A stretch of DNA of 64,000 nucleotides from Planctomycetota bacterium (lineage in GTDB: Bacteria; Planctomycetota; UBA1135; UBA2386), in assembly GCA_046290465.1 (NCBI GenBank), contig JBKAGP010000001.1, positions 320,001-384,000 of the forward strand, written 5' to 3'. The notes beneath the pieces are model-generated. The model searched no databases. It saw only the letters and a program-made list of their open reading frames with translations, and was not told where the DNA came from. Of the stretch, positions 61,097 to 64,000 are shown in pieces. The number at the start of each line of letters is the position of its first letter. Within the stretch, counting starts at the first letter, position 1. The position numbers and the translations under genes are program-made.

Positions 61097-61980
61097 TGAC
61101 GACGGTGCGTGTGGCGGTCCTGGTGGCCGCGCTTTGCGCCGGCTGCAGCCGCGAGCCGCAGCCGGGCTTCTCGACCCCGGAATCCGTCTGCTACGACGCG
61201 TCGGCCGACGTCTACCTGGTGTCCAACGTCGACGGCGCGCCGCTGGAACGCGACGGCAAGGGCTACATCCTCAAGGTCGGGCCGCAGGACGGTTCGCGCA
61301 CGCTGTGGATCCACGGCGACCAGACCGGCGTGACGCTGAACGCACCCAAGGGCATGGCGCTGGTCGGCGACGTGCTGTGGGTCGCCGACATCGACGTCGT
61401 GCGCAAGTTCGACCGCGGCTCGGGCGCGCCGATGGGCGAGGTCGCGATCGAGGGCGCGACCTTCCTCAACGACGTCGCCGGTGGCCCCGACGGCAGCGTC
61501 TACGTCAGCGACTCGGGCCTCGATGCGAACTTCGCGTCGACCGGCACCGACGCGATCTGGCGGATCGCGCCGGACGGCGCCGTCACTCCGCTGATCCAGG
61601 GCGAGCAGCTCGGCCAGCCCAACGGCATCTCGGCGCAGAAGGCCGGCCTCTACGTGGTCAGCTGGCGCGACGGCACCTTCTACGAGGTCGACTACCGCGG
61701 CGCCAAGACCGACCTCGGCCAGGCGCCGCAGAAGAAGCTCGACGGCCTGGTGCGCGTCGAGCACGAGGTCGAGGGCAAGGACGGCCAGAAGAGCAAGCAG
61801 CCGGCCTGGTACGCGACCTCGTGGGACGGCTCGGCGATCTACCGCTTCGCGCTGACCGGCGGCGTCACCGCCCTGCCGGTGCGACTGGAGCAACCGGCCG
61901 ACATGGGCTACGACAGCAAGCGCAACCGGCTGATCGTGCCGCTGTTCGGCAAGCACATGCTGCACGTCGAACAGCTGTGA
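61096..61980 (+). CDS. SMP-30/gluconolactonase-like beta-propeller lipoprotein
   Basis: LCAGC lipobox; F.TPESV, LNAPKGM, FLNDV, PNG, LDG, PAD. Confidence 0.8.
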   Translation: MTTVRVAVLVAALCAGCSREPQPGFSTPESVCYDASADVYLVSNVDGAPLERDGKGYILKVGPQDGSRTLWIHGDQTGVTLNAPKGMALVGDVLWVADIDVVRKFDRGSGAPMGEVAIEGATFLNDVAGGPDGSVYVSDSGLDANFASTGTDAIWRIAPDGAVTPLIQGEQLGQPNGISAQKAGLYVVSWRDGTFYEVDYRGAKTDLGQAPQKKLDGLVRVEHEVEGKDGQKSKQPAWYATSWDGSAIYRFALTGGVTALPVRLEQPADMGYDSKRNRLIVPLFGKHMLHVEQL

Positions 61981-62003
61981 GTTCTGCCTCGCGGTCGGCT
62001 AGC

Positions 62004-62321
62004 ATGACGGCCACCATGTTCGTGCGCGCAGCAACGAAGGAACAGACCGACACCGAGACCGAGACCCGGTCGAAGACGTCGCTCGCGCCGCCGTGGAACG
62101 TGATCGTGCACGACGACCCGGTCACGCTGATGGGCTACGTCACCAAGATCTTCGTCAAGGTGTTCGGCTACACCGAGACCAAGGCGCACAAGCTGATGAT
62201 GGAGGTGCACAAGTCCGGCCGTTCGATCGTCTGGACCGGGGCCCGCGAGCAGGCCGAGATGTATGCGCAGAAGCTGCAGTCGCACCACCTGCTGACCACG
62301 TTGGAGAAGGTCGAGGAGTAG
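62004..62321 (+). CDS. clpS: ATP-dependent Clp protease adaptor ClpS
   Basis: WNVIVHDDPVTLMGYV...VFG...A..LM.EVH..G; alternative start 62016. Confidence 0.9.
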   Translation: MTATMFVRAATKEQTDTETETRSKTSLAPPWNVIVHDDPVTLMGYVTKIFVKVFGYTETKAHKLMMEVHKSGRSIVWTGAREQAEMYAQKLQSHHLLTTLEKVEE

Positions 62322-62332
62322 GCCGCGTGAGC

Positions 62333-62851
62333 ATGTGGGCAGCGCGTGTCGACGAGGGCTACGTGTTCGGGGACCTGACCCCGGCCGCGGTCGAGACGCT
62401 CAAGGGGGTGCCGATGCTGATCGAATCGTCGGACCGCCGCGTGCGCGATCGGCTGCTGCCCGAGACCTGCCAGGACGAGGACGACGAGCAACACTGGCGC
62501 GAACACGCGGTGCCGGAGCTCGAGCGGCTGTTCCTGTCGCGCGCGCAGCTGGTCCGCCGCGACCTCGAGAACCTGCGCAAGCTGCCGAAGTCGGTCAACG
62601 CGGTGCTGCTGATCCCCGACGACCACGTCAACGCCTGGCTCGCTGCGCTCAACGCCGCCCGACTGGCGCTCTACGTGCTCAACGACATGACCGCCGAGCA
62701 CATGGAGGAGGAGGGCTTCGCGACCGCCTCGCCCAAGCAGCAGGAGGCCGCGCTGCGCATCGGCCTGCTCGCCGAGATGCAGGCGGTGCTGCTCGGCGAG
62801 TTCGAGGTCGACGAGGACGACGGCACGTTCGAAGACTTCGTGATGGACTAG
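62333..62851 (+). CDS. DUF2017-like protein
   Basis: RLLP...D..W, AWLAALNAARLAL; directly follows clpS. Confidence 0.7.
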   Translation: MWAARVDEGYVFGDLTPAAVETLKGVPMLIESSDRRVRDRLLPETCQDEDDEQHWREHAVPELERLFLSRAQLVRRDLENLRKLPKSVNAVLLIPDDHVNAWLAALNAARLALYVLNDMTAEHMEEEGFATASPKQQEAALRIGLLAEMQAVLLGEFEVDEDDGTFEDFVMD

Positions 62852-62876
62852 ACCGATGTGGCGCGGGCCTGCGGTG

Positions 62877-64000
62877 CTACCGCTGGTGGCCGTCGCCGCG
62901 CGGTTCGTCCTCTTCGTCCTCGACGAGCTCGCCCGGGTAGGCGCCGAGCACCGAGGTCGCGCCGCGCCGGTCGTGCACGGTGAACGGCTGCACGCTGGAC
63001 TGGTTGCCGAGCGTGATGCGCACCGCGAACGTGCCGGGGCGGGGGCCCTCGTTGCCGCGGCCGCCGCGGCCGCGACGGCCACCGGCCCAGCGGACCTCGT
63101 GGTAGCCGGCCGCCTTGCCGCCCTCCGCCTCGAACACGACCGCACCGGTGGCGTCGAGCACCTCGACCTTCGGCGCGTCCTCCTGGTCCTGCGACAGCAC
63201 GTAGCGGAACGTCGCGGTCGTGAACGGGTTGGGCACCGTCCAGCGGCGCGCGCCGAAGTAGCCGCGGTCGTAGCCCGAGCGCAGCAGCACGCCGTCGCTC
63301 GGCGGCAGCGCCAGCAGCGACGCGCGCAGGCTGCCGCTGTCGAGGGTCTCGAACGCCGACGCGTCGAGGCCCCAGATGCCGCGACCGTGGGTACCGACCA
63401 GCAGGTGCGGGTGCTGCGGATGGACCAGCAGGTCGTGCGCGGCAGCGCGCGGCAGGCCGTAGCCGAGCGGGAACCAGTGCGCGCCGTCGTCGATCGACAC
63501 GTGCACGTCCATCTCGGTGCCGACGAACAGCACGTTGGCGTTGCGCGGGTGCTGGCGGATCACGTTGACCGGCTCCTGCGGCAGGTCGTGCGCGATCGAC
63601 AGCCACGAGTCGCCGCCGTCGTCGGTGCGGAACACGTAGGCGTCCCGGATGTCCTCGCGGTAGCCGGTGAAGCTGACGAACGCGGTGCCGGCGTCGTGCG
63701 GCGAGGCCTCGACGCGGCTGACCCACAGGCCCTGCACCGCCTCGGGGAAGCGGTCGGTCAGGTCGGTCCAGCGACCGCCGCCGTCCCTGCTCCGCCAGAC
63801 CTTGCCGTCGTCGGTGCCGACCCACAGCACGCCTTCGCGCTGCGGCGACTCGGCGATCGTCGTGATCGTGCAGTGCGGCACGTCGCCCTGCTTCTTGTCG
63901 ACGTCGTTGGTGGTCAGGTCGACGCTGATCGTCGTCCAGTCGTCGCCGCGGTTGCGCGAACGGTGCAGGTGCTGGCTGCCGGTGTAGATCGTGTGCGGCG
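62877..64000 (-). CDS. BNR/Asp-box repeat (VPS10/GH74-like) beta-propeller protein, 5' part outside the window
   Basis: S.D.G..W Asp-boxes (SRNRGDDW, SRDGGGRW, TDDGGDSW, SIDDGAHW); GTDDG; GTHGRG. Confidence 0.88.
   Translation of the reverse strand, partial: PHTIYTGSQHLHRSRNRGDDWTTISVDLTTNDVDKKQGDVPHCTITTIAESPQREGVLWVGTDDGKVWRSRDGGGRWTDLTDRFPEAVQGLWVSRVEASPHDAGTAFVSFTGYREDIRDAYVFRTDDGGDSWLSIAHDLPQEPVNVIRQHPRNANVLFVGTEMDVHVSIDDGAHWFPLGYGLPRAAAHDLLVHPQHPHLLVGTHGRGIWGLDASAFETLDSGSLRASLLALPPSDGVLLRSGYDRGYFGARRWTVPNPFTTATFRYVLSQDQEDAPKVEVLDATGAVVFEAEGGKAAGYHEVRWAGGRRGRGGRGNEGPRPGTFAVRITLGNQSSVQPFTVHDRRGATSVLGAYPGELVEDEEDEPRGDGHQR

Overview
High-GC (about 70% by eye), gene-dense bacterial chromosomal window, most likely from a Planctomycetota genome. 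That assignment is inferred from the DUF1592/DUF1552 pair, Tat-exported Gfo/Idh/MocA oxidoreductases, a planctomycete-type Ser/Thr kinase, a sulfatase and a TIGR04138-like protein. About 55 CDS are supported. Housekeeping genes include rnpA, yidD, tmk, holB, dnaK and clpS, plus a DegP-type protease and a GldA/F/G-type ABC operon. Carbohydrate-modifying enzymes, signalling genes and many secreted proteins and lipoproteins of unknown function are also present. I saw no tRNA, rRNA, CRISPR array or transposase. Most notable observations: (1) a DnaA homolog with domains I, III and IV that lacks the arginine finger, sensor I/II and the DnaA-box signature, translationally coupled to tmk-holB; (2) a near-perfect sigma54 promoter directly downstream of a kinase/NtrC-type activator pair, pointing into a Cys-motif lipoprotein and a UshA-like CGC/tetraheme cytochrome; (3) a recurring TANNNT-N6-start pattern suggesting many leaderless mRNAs; (4) two 1-nt frameshifts in short homopolymers, one creating an apparent RsbW-SpoIIE fusion and one splitting a NIT-domain chemoreceptor; (5) two compositionally distinct orphan-gene patches. 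All family calls come from motif recognition, not database searches.
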